Source: Nitrososphaeraceae archaeon (GTDB lineage: Archaea; Thermoproteota; Nitrososphaeria; Nitrososphaerales; Nitrososphaeraceae). From it: a stretch of DNA of 28,850 nt. The notes under the pieces are model-generated. The model worked only from the letters and a program-made list of their open reading frames with translations, was not told the origin of the DNA and made no database searches. Every line of letters begins with the position of its first letter. Position 1 is the first letter of the stretch. Positions 9,252 to 17,764 of this stretch are shown one piece after another. The stretch covers positions 1 to 28,850 of the forward strand of contig JBIOZG010000048.1 in the NCBI GenBank assembly GCA_044870765.1, written 5' to 3'. Both the position numbers and the translations under genes were made by a program.

Positions 9252-9369
9252 AGTACCACAATTGAATGACTCTGAATTAATAACTTATCGATTTTAGATT
9301 AAAAAGTAACCGTTATTATAGCAAATTATATTAAATTTTAATTGAAGTAAGAAATAAAAAGGATTTAGG

Positions 9370-10395
9370 ATGTTAACAGTAAAAGTAATTGATAACAAAA
9401 TAACTCTGGTTGAATCAGAATTGCGGGGTTATAAGGATGATGAAATAGTAGTAAGGATGAGTTCATGCGGGATATGCGGTTCAGATCTAGAAAAGGTGTA
9501 TGGAAATTATGGAATGAAATCCTTAAGGGTAGGACATGAACCGGCAGGAGCTGTTATCAAGGTTGGTAAAAATATAAAAAAATTCCAAGAAGGGGATCGG
9601 GTCTTTGTACATCATCACGTAAGTTGCTACTCCTGTAGGTATTGCATACAGGGTAACTATACAATGTGCAACAATTATCAAACTAGTAACATTGACCCGT
9701 GCGGATTATCTGAGCAATTCGTTGTGCCAAAATGGAATATTGAACATGGAGGTGTATTAAAACTCCCTGATACTATTTCCTACGATGAAGCAGCTCTGAT
9801 AGAACCTTTTGCTTGTTGCCTTAGAGGATTAAACAAGATTTCCATAAAGCACGGTGATAATGTGGCAATATTAGGTGCCGGACCTACAGGGGTAATGTAC
9901 ACACTTCTGACGCGGTTGTGGGGTGCAAACAAAATAGTCGTTTCCGACATCAATGAATTTAGATTAGGATTCGTCAGTCAATATGGTGTAGATACGGTAA
10001 ATCTTAATCAAGGAAGGCTTGAGGACACCGTTAATAAAAATACTAATAATTTGGGTGTCGATGTAACAATTTTAGCAACTGGAAGTATAAAGGCATTTGA
10101 AAGTTCGCTCAAAATAACAAGAAGAGGTGGAAAAATACTGCTTTTTGGGGTTCCGTCAGTTGGTTCCAAGTTTGAACTTGATTTAAATTCCCTGTATTCC
10201 AACGAACAGATAATAATTCCGAGCTACGGGGCTTCAGAAATAGAAACCAACCAGGCGTTGTCCTTAATGTCTGATAAATCCATTGATCTCTTGCCCCTTA
10301 TCACACATCGTTTTCAAATTAAGAAAACTAGTGATGCCTTCAAATGTGCTCACGAAGCATTCGACGCCATGAAGGTGTTGGTAGTAACATCATAG
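9370..10395 (+). CDS. Zn-dependent medium-chain dehydrogenase (threonine/sorbitol dehydrogenase-like)
   Basis: CGICGSD, GHE, structural-zinc CYSCRYC...C, Rossmann GAGPTG followed by Asp (SDIN, NAD-type). Confidence 0.93.
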   Translation: MLTVKVIDNKITLVESELRGYKDDEIVVRMSSCGICGSDLEKVYGNYGMKSLRVGHEPAGAVIKVGKNIKKFQEGDRVFVHHHVSCYSCRYCIQGNYTMCNNYQTSNIDPCGLSEQFVVPKWNIEHGGVLKLPDTISYDEAALIEPFACCLRGLNKISIKHGDNVAILGAGPTGVMYTLLTRLWGANKIVVSDINEFRLGFVSQYGVDTVNLNQGRLEDTVNKNTNNLGVDVTILATGSIKAFESSLKITRRGGKILLFGVPSVGSKFELDLNSLYSNEQIIIPSYGASEIETNQALSLMSDKSIDLLPLITHRFQIKKTSDAFKCAHEAFDAMKVLVVTS

Positions 10396-10445
10396 AGGTC
10401 ATTTGATCAAAATATAAATAACTTGTTGGGTCAGGTTATCTTACA

Positions 10446-11264
10446 TTGGATTGGGGAATTAGGAATCGCTTATCAAGGATAATTAATCAACGGAACGGAA
10501 AAGGAGTTATGTTGGCAGTTGACCATGGCTATTTTCTTGGACCTACTGAAAGATTAGAAGATCCCAAAAAGACAATTAAGCCGCTTTTACAGTATGCAGA
10601 CTCCTTAATGCTTACCAGGGGAGTTTTAAGAACTTGTGTAGATTCAGAATCAAATATTCCTATAGTACTACGTGTTTCCGGTGGTACTAGCATCTTGGGA
10701 GAGGATCTTTCAAAAGAGACAATAACAACATCTATCGAAGAAGCCATAAGACTTAACGCATCTTGTCTGGCACTGTCAATTTTTGTAGGCAGTAAATATG
10801 AACATCAAACGCTAAGCAATCTTTCTAAACTGGTAAATGAAGGTGAGAAATATGGGATACCCGTATTGGCAGTTACTGCAGTTGGAAAAGAAATGGCCAG
10901 AGATGCAAGATATCTTGCCTTATCCTGTAGAATTGCTGCAGAATTGGGTGCCCATGTAGTTAAAACATATTATTGTGAAAACTTTGAAAAAGTGGTTGAA
11001 GGATGTCCAGTTCCTGTCATAATTGCAGGTGGCAAAAAATTGCCAGAAAAAGATGCTCTAGACCTTACTTTTAATGCGATAAAAGATGGAGCTTCTGGTG
11101 TGGATATGGGCAGAAATATTTGGCAATCTGATCATCCTATTGAAATGATACAGGCTGTAAGATCGATAGTACATAATGGATTATCAGTACAAGAATCAAT
11201 TGAATCGTTCTTTTTGAAAAAAAACCTAAAGGCTAATGAATTGGAAACCCTAAATACCCGATAA
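10446..11264 (+). CDS. lsrF: LsrF-like class I aldolase-fold enzyme (3-hydroxy-5-phosphonooxypentane-2,4-dione thiolase-like)
   Basis: N-terminal DWG...RLSRI, MLAVDHGYFLGPT, LAVTAVGK.M.RDARY, ELGA.VVKTYY (catalytic Lys), IAGGKK and GVDMGRNI.Q: typical of the LsrF subfamily of DhnA/FbaB aldolases. Confidence 0.85.
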   Translation: MDWGIRNRLSRIINQRNGKGVMLAVDHGYFLGPTERLEDPKKTIKPLLQYADSLMLTRGVLRTCVDSESNIPIVLRVSGGTSILGEDLSKETITTSIEEAIRLNASCLALSIFVGSKYEHQTLSNLSKLVNEGEKYGIPVLAVTAVGKEMARDARYLALSCRIAAELGAHVVKTYYCENFEKVVEGCPVPVIIAGGKKLPEKDALDLTFNAIKDGASGVDMGRNIWQSDHPIEMIQAVRSIVHNGLSVQESIESFFLKKNLKANELETLNTR

Positions 11265-11297
11265 ATATTTTTACTTGATTTAATTTCAAATTCTAAT

Positions 11298-11423
11298 ATG
11301 TCAGAGTATGAAGGCGGCACCTTTAGATGTAAGGTATGTGCGAAAGAATTTCTAACAAAGAATGAGTGTGATGCTCATTATGAGGATATTCACGGGGATG
11401 AGATTGCAAACATTGGTGAATAG
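11298..11423 (+). CDS. Putative 41-aa single C2H2 zinc-finger microprotein (not in ORF track)
   Basis: MSEYEGGTFRCKVCAKEFLTKNECDAHYEDIHGDEIANIGE*: exact F-x-C-x2-C-x3-F-x8-H-x4-H spacing. Confidence 0.75.
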   Translation: MSEYEGGTFRCKVCAKEFLTKNECDAHYEDIHGDEIANIGE

Positions 11424-11509
11424 CTGCTGATAATCAAAGTACATTGAACACCTGGCCGGAAATAATGTTAGATTTTTTAGTGACCAAATTAACTTACTGT
11501 AAGATCTAG

Positions 11510-12748
11510 TTGAAAATTGCAAATGTGATATTGTTTGAAATTGGGATTTGTGTGCTTGAGGATTCAAATTTAATATATAGTAAAAAATTTGACAGTCCAG
11601 AAATTGAATATTCATCAATAATGCAAGGTAATGAATCGTATCTCACAGACTTGATTGCCCAATTGAAAAATTTTGATCAGGTGAGAGTTAATAATAAAAA
11701 CTTGATTAATATTTTTCAAACTGAAAATACCGACGTTAAATTAATGTCAGATTCCCGACAGGATGAGATTAATCAAAATAAATTGGATCTAATGATAAAG
11801 TTCGGGTTTTCTAATACTAAGGAAGAGTTATCCGCAGCTCTACAAAAGTTTGCCATAAACCTTTCATCTATGAAGGTAAAAGAAACTTCCGAAAAATTAG
11901 ATCAACACTTGGTTCAAGCAGTGAATACCCTCGATGAATTAGACGAAATAATTAACACAATTAGCACCAGGATCCGTGAATGGTATGGTCTTCATTTTCC
12001 AGAATTGGACTATATTCTCCAGAATATTATTACGTATGCTGCCATCGTAAAGCATGCGGGACCTAGGGAAAATATCACCAGTGAGCTTTTAACTCAACTG
12101 GATGTACCAAACAAGAAAATTGAATTAATCAAACAGGCAATATCAAAAAGTCAAGGAGGAAGTTTAACTGACGAGAGTGCTAAATCGCTTAGAATTTTAG
12201 CATCACAAGTAATACAGTTATCAGAGTTAAGAACAGATTTATCCAACTCGGTAGAGAACTTGATGGAAATACTTGCGCCAAACCTGAAAAATATTCTTAC
12301 TGCAATCATTGGTGCAAGGTTGATAGCCAAGGCAGGTAGCCTGCTAAAATTGGCTCAGATGCCGTCAAGTACGATTCAAATAATTGGTGCCGAAAAGGCC
12401 TTATTCCGTGCACTTAAAACAGGAGCAAGACCGCCAAAGCATGGCCTGCTATTCCAACATCCTTCGGTTAACTCAGCTCCAAAATGGCAAAGAGGAAAAA
12501 TCGCTCGTGCCCTTTCTGCAAAAATAGCCATAGCAGTGAGAATTGACGTATATCGTAACGCTTCATTAGATAATTCCCTATTGGATCAATTAACAAAGAG
12601 GATTGAGACGATTCAAAGGATTTATCATGAACCTCCAAAAGGGAGAGAATCGTTTAATGAGAGACACAGGTTTGATAAAAGGAGACCAAAAAAATCAATG
12701 CAATTCAAGAGACGAAAGATGCGACATGAAAAACGTAGACGTTATTAG
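11510..12748 (+). CDS. nop5: C/D box sRNP protein Nop5 (Nop56/58)
   Basis: REWYGLHFPEL, APNL..., GARLIA.AG, IQIIGAEKALFR, PKHGLLFQHP and RGKIARAL motifs; basic C-terminal tail. Confidence 0.96.
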   Translation: MKIANVILFEIGICVLEDSNLIYSKKFDSPEIEYSSIMQGNESYLTDLIAQLKNFDQVRVNNKNLINIFQTENTDVKLMSDSRQDEINQNKLDLMIKFGFSNTKEELSAALQKFAINLSSMKVKETSEKLDQHLVQAVNTLDELDEIINTISTRIREWYGLHFPELDYILQNIITYAAIVKHAGPRENITSELLTQLDVPNKKIELIKQAISKSQGGSLTDESAKSLRILASQVIQLSELRTDLSNSVENLMEILAPNLKNILTAIIGARLIAKAGSLLKLAQMPSSTIQIIGAEKALFRALKTGARPPKHGLLFQHPSVNSAPKWQRGKIARALSAKIAIAVRIDVYRNASLDNSLLDQLTKRIETIQRIYHEPPKGRESFNERHRFDKRRPKKSMQFKRRKMRHEKRRRY

Positions 12749-13400
12749 TCGCGTTATAGTAAATGGGAAACCTCATTTAGCAACTATTAACATGTTGAAA
12801 GGTACTACTCTTTATGGTGAGAAACTAGTTTCCAGAGATGGAAATGAATACAGAATGTGGGATCCATTTAGAAGTAAATTGGCAGCAGCTTATACGAAAG
12901 GTCTGCGGTTTGACTTTTCCAATATTAGAAACATATTATATCTAGGGGCATCAACTGGAACTACAGTCAGTCACCTTTCAGATATAATTGGACACACTGG
13001 TAAAATATTTGCGGTTGAATCCTCCGCCAGAGTTGCAAGAGAGTTAATCACGAATGTTTCGTCTAAGAGAACAAATGTTATACCAATCATAGAAGATGCG
13101 AGAAAACCGAGAGGTTACTTTTCTATATATGATAAAATGGATCTCGTTTATTGTGATATTGCCCAACCAGATCAGACGAACATAGCAATGGATAATTGCA
13201 AAATCTATCTTAAGGAAGAAAAACCACTGCTACTCGTAATTAAGACTAGAAGCATTGACGTCACCATGTCTCCAAAAAATGTGATTTCCCAGGAAATTAG
13301 GAGACTAGAAGAGCAATCATTTAAGATAAAGCAAAATATAGATCTTGCTCCCTTTGACAAAGATCATGCAATGGTAGAAGCAATTTTTTGTCCTGCCTAG
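12726..13400 (+). CDS. flpA: Fibrillarin-like rRNA/tRNA 2'-O-methyltransferase (start ATG 12726 preferred over TTG 12603)
   Basis: YGEK, YR.WDPFRSKLAA, LYLGASTGTTVSH, IIEDARKP, DIAQPDQ and PFDKDH; overlaps the nop5 3' end. Confidence 0.96.
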   Translation: MKNVDVISRVIVNGKPHLATINMLKGTTLYGEKLVSRDGNEYRMWDPFRSKLAAAYTKGLRFDFSNIRNILYLGASTGTTVSHLSDIIGHTGKIFAVESSARVARELITNVSSKRTNVIPIIEDARKPRGYFSIYDKMDLVYCDIAQPDQTNIAMDNCKIYLKEEKPLLLVIKTRSIDVTMSPKNVISQEIRRLEEQSFKIKQNIDLAPFDKDHAMVEAIFCPA

Positions 13401-13403
13401 GAG

Positions 13404-14039
13404 TTACTGCATGACAGTACGAGATAATATGAGTTGAGCGGGTTTCCATGACTTTCTTGCAAATGGTGGAATTTCCCTGTTTTGTTCAAACCATTCTTGT
13501 ACAAATTTTATGGTTTTTTTATCCGAAGGATATCCACTTCCCACATCGCCGTATTTGAGCCGAATTTTGCTTATTTCAGAATCGCGTATCACTTTTGCAA
13601 TTATGGAAGCTCCAGATACAACAACATTCAACTTGTCTGCATGATGCATTGAAATCAGTTTTGTCTTATTTCCCTTAAGAAAGCTATTGATTGTTCTTTT
13701 ATATCTAGATGGATTTACATCGCATGAATCTACATAGGTCTTGTAAGAATCCATATTGCCAATAGTTATTGCCATTGCTTCTGCTTCTAGCAGATTTAGA
13801 TGCTTTTTAGATACATGAAAATCAATGTCCTCAATACCTATACTACAGATGCAGATTGCTTCGGTAAGGCCAATAACATGTCCGAAGAGTATTTGCCTCT
13901 TTTTAGGACTAAGCAATTTAGAATCTTTAATTCCTATTTCAACCAATTTTGAAACGGATTTCTTACTTACACTGATTCCCGCCACTATTATTGGACCTAT
14001 TAAAGACCCTCTACCGGCTTCATCTACTCCACAAATAAT
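13404..14039 (-). CDS. rnhB: Ribonuclease HII (start uncertain; the ORF track start at 13985 truncates the active site)
   Basis: Reading upstream of GTG 13985 in frame gives IICGVDEAGRGSLIGPIIVAG; also DSKLLS, HHAD, ASIIAKV.RD, GSGYPSD and RKSW. Confidence 0.93.
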   Translation of the reverse strand: MICGVDEAGRGSLIGPIIVAGISVSKKSVSKLVEIGIKDSKLLSPKKRQILFGHVIGLTEAICICSIGIEDIDFHVSKKHLNLLEAEAMAITIGNMDSYKTYVDSCDVNPSRYKRTINSFLKGNKTKLISMHHADKLNVVVSGASIIAKVIRDSEISKIRLKYGDVGSGYPSDKKTIKFVQEWFEQNREIPPFARKSWKPAQLILSRTVMQ

Positions 14040-14160
14040 GTTCTTGTCTTCAGTGAACTCTAATCCCCTTCAACTCAAATCAATATTTGTTGCTTTTTAT
14101 CCTTATCCCTTGGGGATGATGATATATTAGGAGCCAAAAGTTATCTAATATCAACAAGGA

Positions 14161-15333
14161 TTGGATAATGACGTTTCAGAGATCAAAGAGGGCAAAACAT
14201 CACTTCTAGTCCCAAGTTCAGCTCTTTCGCAAATCGTTCCACCTAAGAATCCTGCTTTCTTCAACCCGAATGCAAAATGGAACCGAGATATTTCCATGTT
14301 GGTGTACAAGGTTTATACTTCGTCTTCAAAAAATAAAACATTAGCCGATTCAATTTGCGGTGTTGGTGCAAGAGGTTTGAGAGCTTCCGTAGAGGTCCCA
14401 CAAATAGCAACAATTTACCTTAATGATCTCAATCCAATTGCTATCGAATTTGCAAAAGAAAGTGCCAAATTAAATCAAGTTCAGGATAAATGCATTTTTA
14501 AAACCAATGATGTTTGCAAATTTCTAAACTTTGAAGAACGTGAAATTCGAAGATTTGATATTGTTGATCTAGATCCTTTTGGAAGTCCATCGCCCTATGT
14601 TGATTGCGTTTTGAGATCAGTGAGTAATGGAGGATTGATATCCATTACAGCAACAGATACAGCAGTATTGTGTGGAGTTTACCCAAGCGTATGTTATCGA
14701 AAGTATTACGGATTCCCGATAAGAACTGAATACTCTAACGAAATCGGGGTACGTCTTTTGGTATCTTTTATAGCACTAAATGCTACCAGATTTGATTTAT
14801 CAGTTGTTCCTTATTTTTGCCACAGTAATCTTCACTATCTTAGAGTGTACCTGAAAATAATATTTAGTAGTTCACTTGCAAACACTGTTTCATCAAAAAT
14901 AGGATTTATCAAACACTGTCAGAAGTGTAAATCTCGCAGGGTTGAAAAGATCAGGTACCAGAATTTAGTTTGTGATTTATGCGGTGCAAAATGTATTATG
15001 GCTGGACCACTTTGGATAGATAGCCTTTTTGATTCGGATTTTGTTAATTTTATGCTAAATGAATTGAAAAATTCCGAAAATGGCACCTCGCTCGGAAAGG
15101 ACTATGCCAGATTACTAAAAATGATGCAAATTTGCACCTCCGAACTTGCAATACCTGCTTATTTTGAAACAGATAGTATAGCATCGTCGGCAAAAAAAAG
15201 TTCCATCTCGTTGGACAAAGTAATTAGCACTCTTGGAAGTAATGGATTTCGATCATCTAAAACTATTATGAACGAAAAAGGGTTCAAAACTAATGCGTCT
15301 CCGAAAGAAATAATCGAACTCCTTTACAAATAA
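14161..15333 (+). CDS. trm1: tRNA (guanine26-N2)-dimethyltransferase Trm1
   Basis: FFNP...NRD, G.GARGLR, NDLN, DLDPFGSP, TATDTAVLCG, E.G.R.L, zinc pair CQKC/CDLC, GPLW and GFKTNA. Confidence 0.95.
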   Translation: MDNDVSEIKEGKTSLLVPSSALSQIVPPKNPAFFNPNAKWNRDISMLVYKVYTSSSKNKTLADSICGVGARGLRASVEVPQIATIYLNDLNPIAIEFAKESAKLNQVQDKCIFKTNDVCKFLNFEEREIRRFDIVDLDPFGSPSPYVDCVLRSVSNGGLISITATDTAVLCGVYPSVCYRKYYGFPIRTEYSNEIGVRLLVSFIALNATRFDLSVVPYFCHSNLHYLRVYLKIIFSSSLANTVSSKIGFIKHCQKCKSRRVEKIRYQNLVCDLCGAKCIMAGPLWIDSLFDSDFVNFMLNELKNSENGTSLGKDYARLLKMMQICTSELAIPAYFETDSIASSAKKSSISLDKVISTLGSNGFRSSKTIMNEKGFKTNASPKEIIELLYK

Positions 15334-15421
15334 ATAGTAATTCATAGAAGTATCGTGATTAGGAGAGAGTATGATGTGATAGGTGCATTCAAGCTTATTT
15401 GTTTTCTAGAGGAGAATTGGC

Positions 15422-16207
15422 GTGAAATTACAAGTTAAAAATTTGTCAAAAGAATTTAAAACTACTAGATCAAATAAGACTGAATACGTCACCGCTTTCG
15501 AAAATATTGACCTTACGATAAACGATGGAGAATTTGTGTGTATTGTTGGTCCATCGGGATGTGGAAAATCAACTCTCCTTAATATTCTAGCAGGGCTTGA
15601 CAAACCTACTGAAGGAGAAATCATACTTAATGGCCATCAAATCGAAGGCACTGGCCCAGATAGAATCATGGTATTCCAGGAAAATGCCTTGTTTCCTTGG
15701 CTTAAAGTAGTCGAAAATGTTGAATTTGGTCTTAAGATAGCTGGTCTGCAGAAAGAAAAGAGGCGTCAAATAGCGCTTGCTCACCTTGAAACAATGCAAT
15801 TGACAAAATTTTCTGATTCGTATGTCTACCAGTTATCGGGGGGAATGAAGCAAAGAGTAGCGCTTGCCAGGGCGCTTGTCATGGATCCAGAAATTTTGTT
15901 AATGGACGAACCTTTTGCATCTCTTGATTCTCAAACCCGAGACCTTCTTTCAGTAGAATTACAACTCATATGGTCTAAAACCAGAAAAAATATCATTTTT
16001 GTAACACATAATATAATGGAATCGGTATGTCTCGGAGACAGGGTATTTGTGTTCACGAATAGACCGGGAAAAATTAAAAGAGAAATAACAGTTGATCATC
16101 GAAGACCGAGACTTACTGAAGATGATGAACTCAAACCATATTACCGGGAAGTTTTAGGTGAGTTAAGAAGCGAAATTAGTGCAGCACGAAAACAAAAAAC
16201 TGACTAA
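15422..16207 (+). CDS. ABC transporter ATPase, nitrate/sulfonate/taurine (TauB/SsuB/NrtD) type
   Basis: GPSGCGKST, VFQ..ALFPW, LSGGMKQRV, LLMDEPF.SLD and VTH; SD-like GAGGAG upstream. Confidence 0.93.
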   Translation: MKLQVKNLSKEFKTTRSNKTEYVTAFENIDLTINDGEFVCIVGPSGCGKSTLLNILAGLDKPTEGEIILNGHQIEGTGPDRIMVFQENALFPWLKVVENVEFGLKIAGLQKEKRRQIALAHLETMQLTKFSDSYVYQLSGGMKQRVALARALVMDPEILLMDEPFASLDSQTRDLLSVELQLIWSKTRKNIIFVTHNIMESVCLGDRVFVFTNRPGKIKREITVDHRRPRLTEDDELKPYYREVLGELRSEISAARKQKTD

Positions 16208-16214
16208 GCCTCCC

Positions 16215-16985
16215 TTAATTTCCTAATTTCCTAACGAGCCGAAGGCCATCTTCAAAACTATTTGGTGAACACAAGAGAATCTTTTTTGTTAAACTTGCCG
16301 CTTCGCGAATAAAATTTTCTGGCTTCTCTTTGTAAGAACTCCAATCCAAACCAATATTCTGTGCGGATATTTCGTTTCTGCTTGATGGGCACATTATGCA
16401 TGGAATAACATCAATACCGTAGGGCGCAGACACTTTAACTATGTCTCTCAAATTGTCAATGTTGCTTATTGATTGTGTAACAAATGCACGTGGTTTTGCC
16501 TCAAGTTTATTTTTGATTTTCATTGTGTCATTGACTTTATTTGGGAATGACAAATCCAGTTTAATGTAATTATTAAAATTATGTTCTGAGAGAGTCTTGA
16601 TAGCCTTTGAGGGTGATATATTGAAAAATTTATTACCAATAATGGGGTCATCTCCACGAAGGACTAAGATACTGTATACACCACACAAAATGGCATCTGT
16701 AACAAACTGCAATACAGAGATAAAATTTTTGTCATAAAGTCTGCATGTACAGCTTATTGGCTTTGTAATTCCATTCCTTTTGAGCATTGATACAAGCATC
16801 AAACTAGAAACTCTTGGTATTCCAAGTACATTATCAGTCAAATGTATTCCATCTACAAATTCTGATATACGTTTTGTTTTTGAAATGAAAATATTGACGT
16901 TCTTTCGTATAGTGTCGTTATCATAGTGATTATCATAAAGAACCTTCGGGGGATTCATTTCATAAATAATTTTGATCTCCATCAA
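16215..16985 (-). CDS. Methylenetetrahydrofolate reductase-like flavoprotein
   Basis: YE.NPPK, I.LTDN.LG, ILVLRGD.P and FVTQ pattern of the MTHFR TIM barrel; divergent. Confidence 0.7.
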   Translation of the reverse strand: MMEIKIIYEMNPPKVLYDNHYDNDTIRKNVNIFISKTKRISEFVDGIHLTDNVLGIPRVSSLMLVSMLKRNGITKPISCTCRLYDKNFISVLQFVTDAILCGVYSILVLRGDDPIIGNKFFNISPSKAIKTLSEHNFNNYIKLDLSFPNKVNDTMKIKNKLEAKPRAFVTQSISNIDNLRDIVKVSAPYGIDVIPCIMCPSSRNEISAQNIGLDWSSYKEKPENFIREAASLTKKILLCSPNSFEDGLRLVRKLGN

Positions 16986-17080
16986 TATCTTACAATAATT
17001 ATCGTAATTAAATCCTTAATTTATAATCTCGAAATTTCACTTGAAATTTCAAAATTACCCTCAGATAGATTTTATAATTT

Positions 17081-17698
17081 ATGTATCTATGTATACACAA
17101 AGATGATGTTCCTTTGTATGATCAAAAGCTAGTGAAAAATTTGATATATCCTTTTTTACGTAAGGAACTAATTTTACCGTCACAAGAAAAACAATTCAAA
17201 TTTGCTTCGGTAATGATAATAATTCATTTTACAAAGGGCGATCCTCATATCCTTCTAATAAAGAGGACAAAACTAGTGAAAAATCACGCCGGTGAGATAT
17301 CCTTTCCAGGTGGAAATTTTACGAAGGTGGACGTCAATATGCTTCAAACTGCGATAAGAGAGATAGAAGAGGAACTTGGTATGATTATCATAAGAGAACA
17401 GGTTATTGGAAGTTTGAATGTAGAAAGAACTCTGACTTCTAGATACATAATCTATCCATACGTGGCACTATTAGACAAAATTCCAGAAATAACTGTTACA
17501 AATTATGAAGTCGAAAAAATTATTGATGCTCCCCTCATATCGCTTCTGAAGAGTAGAGAAAGTGATGTAAAACATCAGCAAGAGTACTCTATTCCTCAAT
17601 TACCTAAATTTACGTATAAAAATGAAGTCATCTGGGGAGCGACTGCAAGAATTCTCGACCAACTTGCAAAGCTATTCTCTCATAAAATTAACTTTTGA
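17081..17698 (+). CDS. Nudix hydrolase, CoA pyrophosphatase (NudL/PCD1) type; start may be slightly downstream
   Basis: LLIKR....HAGEISFPGG, TAIREIEEELG and IWGATARIL. Confidence 0.9.
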   Translation: MYLCIHKDDVPLYDQKLVKNLIYPFLRKELILPSQEKQFKFASVMIIIHFTKGDPHILLIKRTKLVKNHAGEISFPGGNFTKVDVNMLQTAIREIEEELGMIIIREQVIGSLNVERTLTSRYIIYPYVALLDKIPEITVTNYEVEKIIDAPLISLLKSRESDVKHQQEYSIPQLPKFTYKNEVIWGATARILDQLAKLFSHKINF

Positions 17699-17764
17699 AA
17701 AGATACAATTGAAAAATTTCTGTTTCCTTAAGAGTTGGCGCTACAGTATGGATTCAACAGATAT

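Noticed and set aside
11360-11430. C/D-like GTGATGC...CTGA upstream of nop5
   Set aside because: Imperfect C box and poor internal spacing; better explained as the C2H2 coding sequence.
12603-12725. 41-aa N-terminal extension of fibrillarin in the ORF track
   Set aside because: It would overlap nop5 by 146 nt. ATG 12726 gives a normal-length archaeal fibrillarin.
14070-14078. TTG AGT TGA upstream of rnhB as selenocysteine or stop read-through
   Set aside because: The position is non-conserved and non-catalytic, no SECIS-like element is visible, and simpler explanations exist.
14116-14160. Perfect C-box ATGATGA near the nop5/fibrillarin/trm1 genes (another lies just upstream of purC)
   Set aside because: No D box (CTGA) or D'/C' pair at 50-60 nt spacing, so a C/D sRNA cannot be supported.
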